From positions 62,001 to 96,677 of the forward strand of contig NW_014569536.1 in NCBI RefSeq assembly GCF_000743755.1: DNA of 34,677 bases, read 5' to 3'. The stretch comes from Blastocystis sp. subtype 4 (Eukaryota). The notes below the pieces were generated by a model that was not told the DNA's origin, searched no databases, and saw only the letters and a list, made by a program, of their open reading frames with translations. Within the stretch, counting starts at the first letter, position 1; the number at the start of each line of letters is the position of its first letter. Below, piece after piece: positions 11,483 to 22,620 of this stretch. A program made the position numbers and the translations under genes.

Positions 11483-13129
11483 ATGGATGATATTTTCTCG
11501 ACTACAGAGAATAATATCATTGTCGGAGACCCAGAAATGGGAAAGGTTGAAGCCTTTGTGCGAGGCGGAGTCGCTCAGTGCCAGTAAGCATGTAGTATGC
11601 ACTTTCTGACTGTAGGAAAAGCAATGACTATCAGTTTACCGAAGAAGAATCTCATCTGATCACCAAGTGCCAGAAGAAGAGGAAACTAAGAACAGCTTTT
11701 ATTGTTGCAACTGGTGGCGCTGTTTCCATTCTTGGAAGTATCTTTTCTGTAAGGAAGGAAGTCATTTTGCAGAATGTATTAGTTAGTATGTTTTGTTATT
11801 ATAACTGACGAATAGTTACCGGTTTACTTGCATTTGAAGAATGGGTTCAGAGCTATGGCAATTGTCTTATGGGATTGTGCCAGTTACCTAAATCACAGTT
11901 AGCTACGGAGATGAGGAAAAGGTTTTGATGAATCTAGAAAATTATGGGTAGAATCTTCACGGAACATGGCAAGTCACGAACAGCTGAGTTTCTCAGAGAG
12001 TTGGGTTATAATGAAAAGTGAGTGTTTGCTGAATTTTTGATTGTAGAAACCTGGAAGAGCCCGTAGTGCAGTCTGTACCTTCATTACGTCCTTATTTTAT
12101 TATTATTTGATAGATAGAGAAAGGAAAACACGTGGATGTGAGTTTAGATACGGCTCTTCGTGATATCACACTTGCTTCAAATCTCAATAAAATGTATGTC
12201 CAACTGCTTCTTTGAATTTTAGGCAACGCTACTTTTCTGCTGATACTCCGGAAATCAGTCGTATTGATACTATTACTTCAATCGTTTACACAACTCCTAA
12301 TCATGAAGTCCATGGTTCCAGTTATCACATTCAAGGTAGTTTACATGATGTTGTAACGATGATTCGTCGTGTAAACCAGGAATATCAGTTTTCTGCTCAA
12401 TATCAGAAAGGTTATTTGGATAGACTAGAATCCTCCATTATTCGTGCAGGAAATATCTATTCGGGTCAGGTTGTTGTTGTAGCAAAACCTGGAAAGGCGG
12501 TGAATATGGGTGAGATGATACGAGGAGTGAAGGCGAGTCCACAAAGTCAAGAAGAGGATCCCAAGAGAAAGGATATGGAAGTGAATCAGGAGAACAGAGG
12601 TATGGAGATGAATCAGAGGAAACGTGAGAGACAAGTTCGTGAAGCAGCAATCATAGCAAGTGTAGTAGAGAAACATGCATCTCAGGAATATCATGGGACC
12701 GGAATCGCGCCTGCAGAGAAAGAGGAGAAGGAAGTTTATCATGGGACTGGAATTGCCCCTGCAGAAAAGGAGGAGAGAGAACAATATCATAGTACTGGAA
12801 TTGCCCCTGCAGAGAATGAAGAGAGAGAGGTATATCATGGGACTACAATTGCTCCAGCAGAGGAAGAAGAAAAGGAAGGATATCATCGTACATCGATTCC
12901 CCCTGTGGAGGAAACGGTTCAACCACAAATCACTTCTTGGGAATCACGACCATTTGATATCAATCAGTACATTGGGCACGATGAATGGAATGGGTCTGTC
13001 GATGAGTCCCACATAGAATCAAAGAAATATGTTCCTTTCTCAAAGAGAAGACATGATCAACTACACAAACGACCAGATCATCGAGTTACATGGGAGGAAA
13101 TACGTCGTCAAAGGTTCATTGTTTCTTAA
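11483..13129 (+). CDS. Hypothetical membrane protein with 16-aa tandem repeats (multi-exon; exon joins approximate)
   Basis: ATG 11483, several GT-AG introns, hydrophobic segment TAFIVATGGAVSILGSIFSV, terminal exon within ORF 12212-13129. No family recognised. Confidence 0.55.
12689..12913 (+). repeat. Coding 48-bp tandem repeat, about 4.7 copies (YHGTGIAPAEKEEKEV)
   Basis: Units begin tatcat at 12689, 12737, 12785, 12833 and 12881. Confidence 0.95.
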
Positions 13130-13150
13130 CAAACAGGTTAGTAAAGGAAT

Positions 13151-15226
13151 TTATTCTGTCTTCAAGGAATCTTGGTACTTTTCCATGGCAGCTCGTTGAT
13201 AAGTCATTGTCTCTTTCATTGCAAATACTTGCTGCATATCATTCTCTGTTCGTGCCTCTTGCAATCCCTTATCCAACATCTCCGTAGCATCGTCCATTTC
13301 TTGACACAACATATGCAACTGAGCCATCTGGAGATACACACTAACACACGACTTGTCAATAGTCATAGCCTTCTTTAACAATTTTCCTGCTCCTAAATAA
13401 TCTTGCTGTACCTGCAACACCAAGTTGGCCTGATTCACATATGAATACACCCAACGAGGATTCTCTTTTTGTGCCTTTGCAAAACAGTCTTCAGCTTCCT
13501 TCATACGACCCATCGACATATACAGTTCACCAAAATGACTCAGAACTTGAGCCTTATTAGTGTCACCACATGCAATACCCCGCTTCATGCTCTCAATAGC
13601 ACTATGAATCAACTTTCGTTCTCTCTTTTACCCATCCACATTACCCATGTTCATATAACAGAATGCAATCTGTACATATGCGATAGCAAAGTTCGGTTGA
13701 AGACGTGTCGCCTCCTTCAAGTCCTACACCTCATTTTTTCCCTTCTTGTCTACACTCAATGACTTCTCGGTATTTCCTTCTAAGAAATACATCTGACCAC
13801 GATGGAAGTAACCATCACTCTCACTTGGATTGCACGACACAGCCTCATCAAAGATCACACGATGCTTCTCATCTCCCAACTCTAACAGACAAGACGCATA
13901 CTTCACCAGCATATTCACATTCCGATCTCCACTCTCATATAAGGCCTTCAGAATGGGATGAGAAGAATTTACATCACCACACAGACTCAAGAAGGTGGCT
14001 TTCTCGAGCTGGGCAGTCTTCAGTTGAGTACACCCATTCTCTGGGTCTGCAGCCTTCTTAAAATCTTCAAACGCCTCATTATACATCTGCTGACTCTTAT
14101 ACTGTCCTCCACGCATCAACAGCAGGTCTCCCTTTGACTTCTGTTCATTCTCTTCAGGATAATGCTCAATACGACGAGTCAACTCCTCCAATGGCAGATG
14201 TTCCGAATTGTAACAATCACTCTTCTCACTCACAAGGGTACTGAAGTAAAAAGCAAGGAACTGCTTGGATGGTAACGTGGGTACATAAGAGGAATCAGTA
14301 CGACGACGCTCTTGTTCCTTCTCTACATCCTTCTTCGCCAACACTTGAATTGCTGTCTCCATACCATCAGGAGTAGGTTGAATATCGCCATGAGTAAGTG
14401 TGTCTAACAGATAGCAGTAAGAGAAGTCGCGCATTGCATCTTCTGGACGATCGAGACTCATTTCAATGGTTGCACGAGCCTTGTAGGCACGAGAGTACTT
14501 ACTATCCAATTCAATACACTTGGTATAATCGCTAACAGCTTCTTCCAAACGGTTCTATCCATCATTATTGAATATCAAGACTACGAGCTTCTTCAGGCAG
14601 GAGGCACGAGAATAGATGAGAGTCTTCATCTGACTGTTATTCGCAGGAGAGGCTTCAATAGCCTTATTGAATTGAACGAGGGCTTCCTCATACTTCTGAG
14701 CATTGAAAAGTTTCTTTGCACCGTTGTAAAGATCGACAAACGAAGTACTCTTCTTGGCAGGAGAAGGAGTGGGTACAGAAGCAGGAGTAGGAGCAGATGA
14801 AGTGTCTGGAGCAGGTGCTTCAGTCTCTGTAGGGACAGAAGAGGAACTCGGAGATGAAGGGATGGATGTTGTAGACGATGGAATCGCCTCAGACGCGGGG
14901 ATCTCTTCTACTACAGGAACCGAAGACACAGATTCAGGAACGATAGGAGAGGCAGAAGTAACCGGAGAAGATGCTCCTTTTGCTACCTCTTCTCCACCAA
15001 GATCCTTCTGTTGATTCTCCACTTCTACAAATCACTTACGGAGAAAAATCCCAATACCAGTCTCTTTCTCAGTCTTATCGTTTCTCTTCGTCTTATTATT
15101 CCTTCTTCTGTAAATGAACACTGCGAGAGCCGTGACTAAACCTAGAGCAGTAGCTACAAGAACAGTCGTTTTCTGATCTAGGTCATAAGCTCTTCTATCA
15201 TCACACTGCTCACTCGAATTGGACAT
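13151..15226 (-). CDS. TOM70: Mitochondrial import receptor Tom70
   Basis: N-terminal signal anchor (VLVATALGLVTALAVFIY) followed by RRRNNK, a Pro/Ser linker, TPR clamp repeats, the LPSKQFLAFYFSTL motif and further TPRs. Four 29-33 nt introns join ORFs 15032-15226, 14555-15022, 13724-14548 and 13151-13612 in frame. Confidence 0.88.
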
Positions 15227-15568
15227 TGGACAGAAGACCTTTAGTAAAAGAAATACCTACTTTTGTACTCGGTGATCACGGGAATTCTACTTTCTTTATC
15301 ACCTACATCTCCTTGAAGAAGATCCTTGTTGGAATTATACAGAATTAATCCATTTCTTCGGAACTATTGACTGCAATCATATTCTAAGAAGCTATAATCC
15401 CAGCCCTTATAAGCCAATCCCAAACAAATAGCTTCCATTTCATCTCTTCTTATAACATCTACTTGTTTTACCTAATTCAGTTTTGGTTAGGGATTCAAGA
15501 CTAGATTGAGAATCCCCTTTCTTTTAGTTATTTGACCAAAGATAATTACTTCTTGATCAGTTTGGATC

Positions 15569-16486
15569 ATGATTGAGTGGTATAACATCATCCTATCTCT
15601 TATCGCTATTATTGGGTATGCTAGGTTCTCTGATGCTAACTAATTATCTAGTTTCTCCATATGTATCTTTATTCTTTCTTCTTTGGTATTCAACTCGTTT
15701 CTTCTGTTTTAGTTCTGGAATCTTATTAATTATAGGGTGATTACTCGATGGATTGCTTGGGTTCGGTTTCTAAGTAGTCAAGATCAGGATCTAGTCCGAG
15801 GTTTTCTTCTCTCCAATTGCCAACATATATACAAGAAGAGAATTCGTGGTAAAACAAAATGCAATTATCTGCGGTACTACGGTTGTAAGTTGCGCGAGAC
15901 AATTATTCATCTCCCTCTTCATCGTCATACATTGATTCTGGATTTGGATGAGACTCTTGTCTATTCTTGCAGATATTCTGATCTATCGTTGATGATCCCA
16001 TCACTAGAGAGTATTGGTGTAACGATATTGCGCAACAACAAATATGTTAGTTTTTATGTGTACAAACGCCCTTATCTGGACGAGTTTCTGGATCGTGTTT
16101 GCGAGTGGTTTAACGTGGTTGTATTCACGGCTGGAGAGAAACCTTATGCTGATGCTGTTCTGAACGTTATTGATCCGAAGGGACGAGTTCGAAAACGCCT
16201 CTACAAAGACGATTGCATGGTAATAAATGGCACAGTGGTCAAGCGAGTGGAAACTGCATGTTCTAATGCTGCTTCTGCTATGATTGTCGATAACAACCCG
16301 GAGTGTTTTCGGTATGATAAATGTGTGTATTGGGTTAGAGTTTTATTCGTAGCGAATGCCATTCCAATCAGTAGCTGGTACGGCGATGGCAAGGATAAAG
16401 AGCTACTACGGTTACTTCCCTTTTTAGATCTAATGAGGACGGTTGACGATGTGCGTACTGTTTTATCTCTCAACAAGATCATTTAA
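15569..16486 (+). CDS. FCP1/SCP-family HAD phosphatase with N-terminal hydrophobic anchor (CTDNEP1/Nem1-like)
   Basis: TLILDLDETLV, YVYKRPYLDEFL, VVFTAGEKPYADAV, MIVDN, NAIPISSWYGDGKDKELLRLLPFL. Hydrophobic first exons (MIEWYNIILSLIAIIG). In-frame intron 16323-16352. Confidence 0.85.
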
Positions 16487-16678
16487 ATCTTTTCCTCTCT
16501 TTGTTGAAACAATTATTCAATTCATTTATTTTGGATTCTAGGAGCGGGTTGAATAAATGAACTGAATTAATGGTCTCTAATCATCAATTACCAGTTATTA
16601 TTATTATGGTCACTTGTTGAATCATTAATACACTTCAATTAATACATTCTCAAATCAGATGGTTAAAGAATTAATATC

Positions 16679-16686
16679 AACAAACA
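16679..16686 (-). terminator. TGTTTGTT polyadenylation-positioning element (TPR-thioredoxin)
   Basis: aacaaaca on the + strand, 4 nt downstream of an in-frame TG. Confidence 0.8.
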
Positions 16687-16690
16687 AAAC

Positions 16691-17870
16691 CAATTCACTC
16701 CCTTCATGTCAACCTCCAATCCCATATGATCGTTGATCATCATCTCCAATTTATCAGGATCATAACCGACAATGCGGTCTAGTGTCTTTCCTCCTTTCAG
16801 TAACACGATAGTTGGGAATGCATCAACATGGAACATTGTCGAGACTTCTCGTGTTTTATCTGCATCAACCTTCAAGAAAATCACTGTAGGATGTGTTACA
16901 GATAGATCATCCAGAATCGGAGCCAACATCTTGCATGGACCACACCAAGAAGCATATATATCCAACACAATGAGAGTATCTGGGTTAATCGAAATGACTC
17001 GATCCAAGTCCTGTGTATTGCTAATAGGATTTACATTGGTTTTGAAGACTCGATTCTGACGCAAAAATGATAAATACTCCGCACTCACTGCCTTATCTTT
17101 GAAACCCATGGTATAGAGAGCATTTAGATAATCACTGGGAATTGTACTCATCCTCTCACTAAGCTGCAACTGCTTGACACACTGAATACGGCGCAAATAT
17201 GGCTTGAAGAAATATGGATACAACTGAAGTGAAGCGTCAATATCGGCAAGGGCCTCTTGATATCGCTTACTGTTCATATAACATGCAGACCGATTATTTA
17301 AAAACACATAGCCACATGCAAGTTCCTGTTTCTGACATGCTTCCAAACCCTTCGAATACGCCACAATCGCCTCTTCAATCTTCTGCCGACTTACCAAGTC
17401 ATTTCCTTCCTTCTTTATCTTGTTCAGCTCTTTACAAAGCTTGTACTTTTGTCCAAAATGATACGAACTATCAGGATCCAACTTATATGCCCGTGCATAG
17501 ATATGTTCAGCACCTTCAAAGTCTCCTGACTGTAAAGAAGCATCTCCATACAACTCAAGATACTTCGATTCTTCTCCTCCTAACATCAAACACCGCTTTG
17601 CTAGTTGCTTAGCTAAAGAAAACCGTTGAACGCGCATCAACAACTTGATCTTCAATTCCAAGGCTTCCTTATTCTGTGAATCTGATTTCAGATACTCATC
17701 AATAGCTTCAATCGCTTGAACATATGATCTATTTGCTAGGTCATAATCACTCAAGCATACTTCTGAACGTTGTCAAAATGATCGGGATGGTCCAGTAAAT
17801 CCTCAATTGTCTCAAACATGTTAAAATCAATGGGATTTAGAATTCTACTACTCACTCCAGAACCTTCCAT
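16691..17870 (-). CDS. TPR-repeat protein with C-terminal thioredoxin domain (WCGPC); start uncertain, stop probably made by poly(A)
   Basis: TPRs (KKEGNDLV...EEAIVAYSKGL; NNRSACYMNSKRYQEALADIDASL) then IVLDIYASWCGPCKMLAP...FLKVDAD...AFPT. TGTTTGTT on the minus strand at 16679-16686. Confidence 0.85.
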
Positions 17871-18149
17871 TATTCCATAACCCTTTCTCACATTCATTCT
17901 GAGTTACATGCTGTTCAATCTTTGAAATGCTGACATAAATGCTTCGACTCACTTGTTTACCAGATTCTCAGTTACTCTCTCATGTTCATTTGCTTATCAA
18001 ATATTTTATTCTGCAACCGTTGTTTTATACAAGAGTGTCTGTAGAATCAACAGCAACTTAGATCTATTTCGAATTCTTCCTATTGGTCCTAACTGCACTT
18101 ATCTATGTGAAAGGATAACCTAGCACCACTTGTTTTGGGAAACAATGTA

Positions 18150-19027
18150 CTAAAAGTATGAATTCCTCAAGATATCCATCCCGCTCGTATCTTGAGATAC
18201 TGGAGATGGTATTGGTATTGTTTCTGCAGGTTGCATGCGAGGAGCGTTCCCACGATAGGGAGCTTCTGAGGGAATGATATAGTCTTGCTGATAGTTCACT
18301 TCCGTTAAACCAGACTCGTCTGGAACTTCCTCCCCTTTTACATCTTCAGTACATTCAATCAGTACACGTTCCTTCTCAGATGGCTCTTCATCGTAATAGT
18401 TAGAGGCATCTGTTCCAGTAGTATTCAACTGTGCTGGAAGAATGAAATGGACATCTGTATTATTCATATATACAGTATCTCCAACAGCAAGATGTGGATC
18501 ATCTCTACTTTTGGGCCACCGAAGCACATAGTATGGATGTTCCACTTGACCAAACACTTCCATAATACGGCCAACAGGTTCCATACTCTTTTGAAACAAA
18601 ATTGTATTTTCTTCAATCGCTCTAGACATTGATGTTGCCATGCGAACTCACTTTGCATTCTGCCCTGCGTCAACAATGTAACTGGAATCGAGAACATGAG
18701 AAACAATACCAGCTCGAACAAGTAACATGTTGAGAGTTGGATCAATATTGTACTCTTCTACTTCGATTTTATCCATAGAAATCTCATGTTCTGTACCTAT
18801 TATATGAGAATGTTACATCAAAGGGAACGGGGAACAGTTTCAGGATCATCATCACTTTCCATACAATGAATCTCTTCATTCGCTTGTTCATAATCCAGTG
18901 GTTGTTGGATGTCTTGGGGGTTATCACTCTCGACTTCCATAACAGGAGCTTCATCCTCAGAACTATTCCACCCGCTGCTGATGTCTGAATTGTCTAAATC
19001 ATCCAAATTGATTTCATTTACGTCCAT
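18150..19027 (-). CDS. NAF1: H/ACA RNP assembly factor NAF1
   Basis: Acidic N-terminus, Gar1/Naf1 domain (GRIMEVFGQVEHPYYVLRW) and the NAF1 motif GTDASNYYDEEP. Confidence 0.85.
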
Positions 19028-19041
19028 GGAAACAAACAATG

Positions 19042-21775
19042 CTAAGACAATAAATAACGTACAATAATCGCGATGGCACTGACAACAAGTGCAAGTACAA
19101 GCACGTAAAACTGTTGCCACTTGACACTTTTTCGATCTCCACAATACACATGAAACAGAGAGAATCGTGTTGCTGCTTTGTTCTCTTTTGTCTCCGAATC
19201 CTTCCCATCATGAAAATTCAAATTTCCTACAATGACACATAATCGCGAATACTCATTGCGAAGTATTGTTTTCAACCGCTCTATAATGGGTTTTTCTTTC
19301 TCACAAAAACAAAGATTTCGCATCTACACATCACACTTCCATTATATCGTTACCTCCTCTGGATCATTCGTTAGATCATAACATTCCCATTCACAAAGAC
19401 TTGTATCCTCTTTGCCCGTCTGCAAATACGCACAAGAACGAGGATCACTACTATAGTAACATAGTTTCAGACACCGATCTTCCGTCTCCTCTTGGATTTG
19501 CGTTATGATTGCTGCTACTGACCGTTTCAACGTGATATGCTCCGTGAAAGAGTGTGACTCTTCAAATACTGAAGAGAGAACAGAGAAGGAGGAAGCTCGT
19601 GGCAACGGCATGGCTACATCCTCATTCTGATAATACACACATTTCAGTTGTCGTTCCTTCCCACACTCACACAGATTTTGCCCCACTAGCGTAGGAACCT
19701 TCTTATGTGTGGCCGTGAGGATCTGCTTCATCTCGTTTGCATCTACGCTTGCCATTGAGAGAATCGATGGTAGGATATCGATTGAAGAGGTCATGGAACT
19801 GGCTGAGTGCTGTTGCAATGAACGTTGAATGGAATAGAACTGTGTAGGCACGAAGATGAGACATGGAACATGAATACTCTGATTGTAGGCATTGTAACAA
19901 CATCCCCACACACCATGATCACCCTCACAGTTCCCATTCACAGAGGTCAGAATGATGATTGTGTCACCTCCATCACTACGGAGTACTTCTTGAAGTAACT
20001 CTCCCAACATCTGGTCCAGTCGCTTGGCATTGTCCTCATATTGTTCTTCAACTCCTATCTTCACCACACGCTCACAATGTTCCATAAACTGTTTCTGTAC
20101 CGCAGGACGTCCTTCTGGAGCTTCTCCTGACCACGTATTACGGTTCATACGCCTACTTCGATCTCGCTGACGGATTGTCGTCACATCATGCATGTTCCCG
20201 AAGGAGAGACTCCCACTAACATAACAGTCATTATCTCCACCTTCGCTATCTCGCTCGACAATCTCCTGACAGCCATCACTGACCTCTGCTAAGTTCGGCA
20301 TGATATCTGGATAACTCACTACCAAGGCCCACGGTGGTGGTTGGCTTCCTCGTAAACTCTGAGCCGACATGACCGACTGACGTCGACGTACGTACTCCAG
20401 AGCCTCACTCGTGGTCTGCAGACTGCGCTGATACCAATCACCTCCACAATGCGCCTCCCATCCCTGGAAGCCAAATGGCTGTAAATCCTCCCCTGTATCC
20501 CGTTCCACACCCAGGAGGTCTAAAAGTGGATGTTCCTGGAATGCTTGCACTTCACTAAGTCCCCACTCTCCCTTATAGACGACATCATATCCCGATTGCG
20601 CCAAGTAGTGACCCATCGTCGGCACTTCGTCTACTTTTAGCTCGCTGCGTGCTCCAGTCTTCTCCAGTGATGTACGTACACCATGAACAGGTGGTAGCTG
20701 ACCAGTAAGGACAGTTGCCCTGCCTGGACATTCTCCTCCTGCAGCTGAATAGTGATTCGGCAGCGATATAGCCGTATGAGCGAAATGAGCAATATTGGGA
20801 TATTTCACAGGCTTACCAATCGATGGACTAGATAATATTCCTCTCCAAAGCCTACCTGTTACTACGCGAATGCATTGGATGAGGACGACGACGAATCGGT
20901 GTCTTAATGTCTTCCTCACCATCCAGTTGGAGGCCAAAGGATCCACCCTCATTCATCTGATCCCAGTCCAATAGACCCGGAGATGAAGGCTTCATATAAC
21001 TATCACTTAGGTCGGATTCGACAAACGAAGGGATCGGAAGAGGACGATCATCACATGGAAAGACGTCACTTCGAGGAATATACCGCTGAGTAGACTCTTG
21101 CACGTCTCTAAATGATACACCCGACATCAACACGAGCAGGATGTTCGGATGCTCTCCGACTTCCTTCACACTCTTCATATTCTCTCGCTCCTGGTGAATA
21201 GCAGCGACAAAAGAATCTAAACAACTGAAGATTTGAGAGAAGGCCAGATGAACTCCTCGACTTTCTAACGTACAGTAATAACGGTCTCGAATCTCATTCA
21301 ATGTATTCTACAGGATAATAAGAACCAACAGAAAGCTACTCGGACCAGACCGACAGATGGCTCTATCTGACTATATAGAGATTTCCTTTTACCGTCATCC
21401 AGTGCTTCAGCACAAGACTCCAGGAGGTCGATCAAATCGCTGAAGCAGAGATACAGTCTCCGAAGACTCATAATGCTCTTTGACAAATCTGTCTGCTTCG
21501 CGTTTGTAGGATTATTGGAGTTACTGGAAGAAGTCGTCACCAAATCACTATTGGATCAAATAAGGATTTCATTACCACCTCTCACCAGCAAGATTTGCAG
21601 AACTAGAATGCCGACTTGAACCAGAGTCCAGAAGACTCACTGCACTGTCAACAGCATTTGCGAAGGTAACAAGGTCATAAACATGTTTTCGAACTGTCTG
21701 GAATGTCATAGGGAATTATAGATTTCGTACCAGTGGAAGATGACCCAATGTAACAAGAATTGTATCCACGTCCAT
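19042..21775 (-). CDS. Sulfatase-fold protein with degenerate active site, N-terminal extension and C-terminal transmembrane tail
   Basis: HPNILLVLM, ECPGRATVLTGQLPPVHGV, TMGHYLAQSGY, IHVPCLI, SIDILPSILSMA, ECYDLTNDPEE. Five 28-33 nt introns link ORFs 21298-21543, 20852-21301, 19342-20952 and 19042-19323. The stop at 19042-19044 is supported by TGTTTGTT (minus) at 19031-19038. Confidence 0.8.
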
Positions 21776-21924
21776 TCACAGAGTTTTATTCGCACTTCAA
21801 TCAAAGAGAAATAAAAACCTGAGAATGGTATAGATTTGTATGATAATACTCTCTTGTTTCATTGGACCCGAATTTGAATTCAACACATGCGGATAAAAAG
21901 GAATTTGAATGATTAAGAAACATA

Positions 21925-22412
21925 TCATAGTAATTCTACAACATCGACTAAATTGACCTTCTTTGTTGGAACTTCGATTTTCATATGCTTCAACAAAGCA
22001 ATTGCAAGCATATGTTCACACTACCAATGACCAGAAATGGAAGAGAGTACAAATACAATAGATTTGTTCGCAGATAAGTTGGACGCGAACTGAGAACAAT
22101 TACAGTGATCGGGAAGACAAAAACGAATCGCCTCATTCTTTCCACTTTTCTACATATTATTAAGAGATTCAACATCGAACTATAAACTCGTAGAATACAA
22201 TACTATCTGGAATGGTGATAACTCTTTTGATCAGCTTTAAATCGATCAAACTCGTGGCTTTCTGAAGTTGCTTCCCTTCTACAATTAGTGAAACGTCTCG
22301 GAAGTTATTTCCATAATCTAAGTCATATGTCAGTTTCAAACCAACCTTCAAGAATCCAATTTAAAAGTTGCTGAGAACTAGGTAACCTTTGAGAGACTGT
22401 CTTCGATGACAT
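21925..22412 (-). CDS. SWS1: SWIM zinc-finger protein SWS1/ZSWIM7 (Shu complex)
   Basis: Removing introns 22318-22345, 22150-22180 and 22021-22050 gives ...LQKATSLIDLKLIKRVITIPDSIVFYEFIKSGKNEAIRFCLPDHCNCSQFASNLSANKSIVFCEHMLAIALL...VVELL*, i.e. CxC-x15-CxHxxA. Confidence 0.85.
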
Positions 22413-22620
22413 AACCAAAGAGGATTAAAATGAGATAACTGGATTACTAAACACTCAACTGCACCAACAAGGAGAACAGAGTAATTGTCGATCCTTCGTT
22501 CTCACTTGCATGCATGTCGTAGTGCATGACAAATAGGTATTAAAGAATAGTGTGTGTCGGATCTTGCATTTCGTTGATTCTCACAATTACTCCGTGGTAA
22601 GAGTCATATATCAGTAAATC

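Noticed and set aside
12689..12913. Possible CRISPR-like array
   Set aside because: The units are contiguous, degenerate, 48 bp and in frame inside a eukaryotic exon, with no unique spacers and no cas genes.
15230..15565. Possible extra small gene or upstream Tom70 exon in the divergent gap
   Set aside because: I could not build a convincing spliced frame or find a motif, so it is treated as promoter/intergenic.
15737..16486. Tim50 call for the FCP1-like gene next to Tom70
   Set aside because: It keeps the catalytic DLDET motif and starts with a hydrophobic anchor rather than a mitochondrial presequence, which fits CTDNEP1/SCP phosphatases better.
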